Below are positions 59,567-59,874 of a stretch of 59,874 bases of DNA, piece by piece. The DNA is from Microbacterium sp. (lineage in GTDB: Bacteria > Actinomycetota > Actinomycetes > Actinomycetales > Microbacteriaceae). The translations under genes were made by a program, and so were the position numbers. How positions within the stretch are numbered: position 1 is the first letter of the stretch; each line of letters begins with the position of its first letter. Below the pieces are notes generated by a model. That model saw only the letters and a list, made by a program, of their open reading frames with translations, had not been told where the DNA came from and did not search any database. The stretch is taken from positions 1 through 59,874 of the forward strand of contig NZ_JAPSJA010000001.1 of the NCBI RefSeq assembly GCF_031178525.1. The letters run 5' to 3'.

Positions 59567-59626
59567 GCCGCAAGCCTAGCATCCTGCGCCGGATGAGGCC
59601 CTCCGCGGATCAGAGTGCACAGACGA

Positions 59627-59671
59627 AGGCGGCGCGGAGATCCTGCTTCTCAGCAGAACTCCGCGCCGCCT
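59627..59671 (-). terminator. Hairpin downstream of terC
   Basis: 13-bp stem AGGCGGCGCGGAG / CTCCGCGCCGCCT plus inner CTGCT/AGCAG stem. Confidence 0.7.
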
Positions 59672-59695
59672 GTCAGATTGCGCAGCGCGCGGGTG

Positions 59696-59874
59696 TCAGC
59701 GCTCGACCGACTCGCGACGCCGCTCGCGCGACGACGCCATGAGGCTCGCGATCGTCGCGACGCCCACCGAGAGCACGATGACGGCCAGCGAGACCCAGTT
59801 GTTGATCTCGGGCGCCCATTCGACGTGCTGTCCGCCGTTGATGAAGGGCAGCTCGTTGACGTGCAGGGCGTGGA
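59696..59874 (-). CDS. TerC/Alx family membrane protein, 3' end
   Basis: Manual translation ...HALHVNELPFINGGQHVEWAPEINNWVSLAVIVLSVGVATIASL...VER*; matches my recollection of the actinobacterial TerC C-terminus. Confidence 0.75.
   Translation of the reverse strand, partial: HALHVNELPFINGGQHVEWAPEINNWVSLAVIVLSVGVATIASLMASSRERRRESVER

Overview
High-GC actinobacterial chromosome segment; the gene set and order suggest Microbacterium/Microbacteriaceae (inference). The conserved core backbone runs mostly on the minus strand: terC'-leuCD-murA-plsC-gpsA-ddl, thiL, rsmD/recG-coaD-yceD-rpmF-rnc-mutM, smc, ftsY, ffh, rpsP-khpA-rimM-trmD'. Accessory blocks interrupt it: a YbdK-like ligase and glycerol utilisation (regulator, glpD-glpF-glpK); lipB-lipA with a TetR gene; a near-complete phenylacetate (paa) cluster with PaaR and two PaaR-type operators; a family-5 ABC importer; kup; glgC/glgA; and, between smc and mutM, a leader-ORF/small-protein/tandem-GNAT unit, an orphan cofD, satD and a SAM methyltransferase. 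Main observations: (1) a 27-bp promoter/operator sequence (24/27 identical) precedes both lipB-lipA and the ABC importer 14 kb away. Removing the paa block would place the TetR gene divergent to that importer, suggesting an undescribed TetR lipoate regulon with a lipoate or precursor importer. (2) An unannotated 27-aa leader ORF and a long C-rich leader precede the GNAT pair. (3) A Leu4 leader peptide with alternative pairings precedes leuCD. (4) rnc is frameshifted at a 9-nt homopolymer. (5) Leaderless promoters are pervasive. No rRNA, tRNA, CRISPR array or transposase was recognised. Product calls come from recognising protein motifs by eye, not from database searches.
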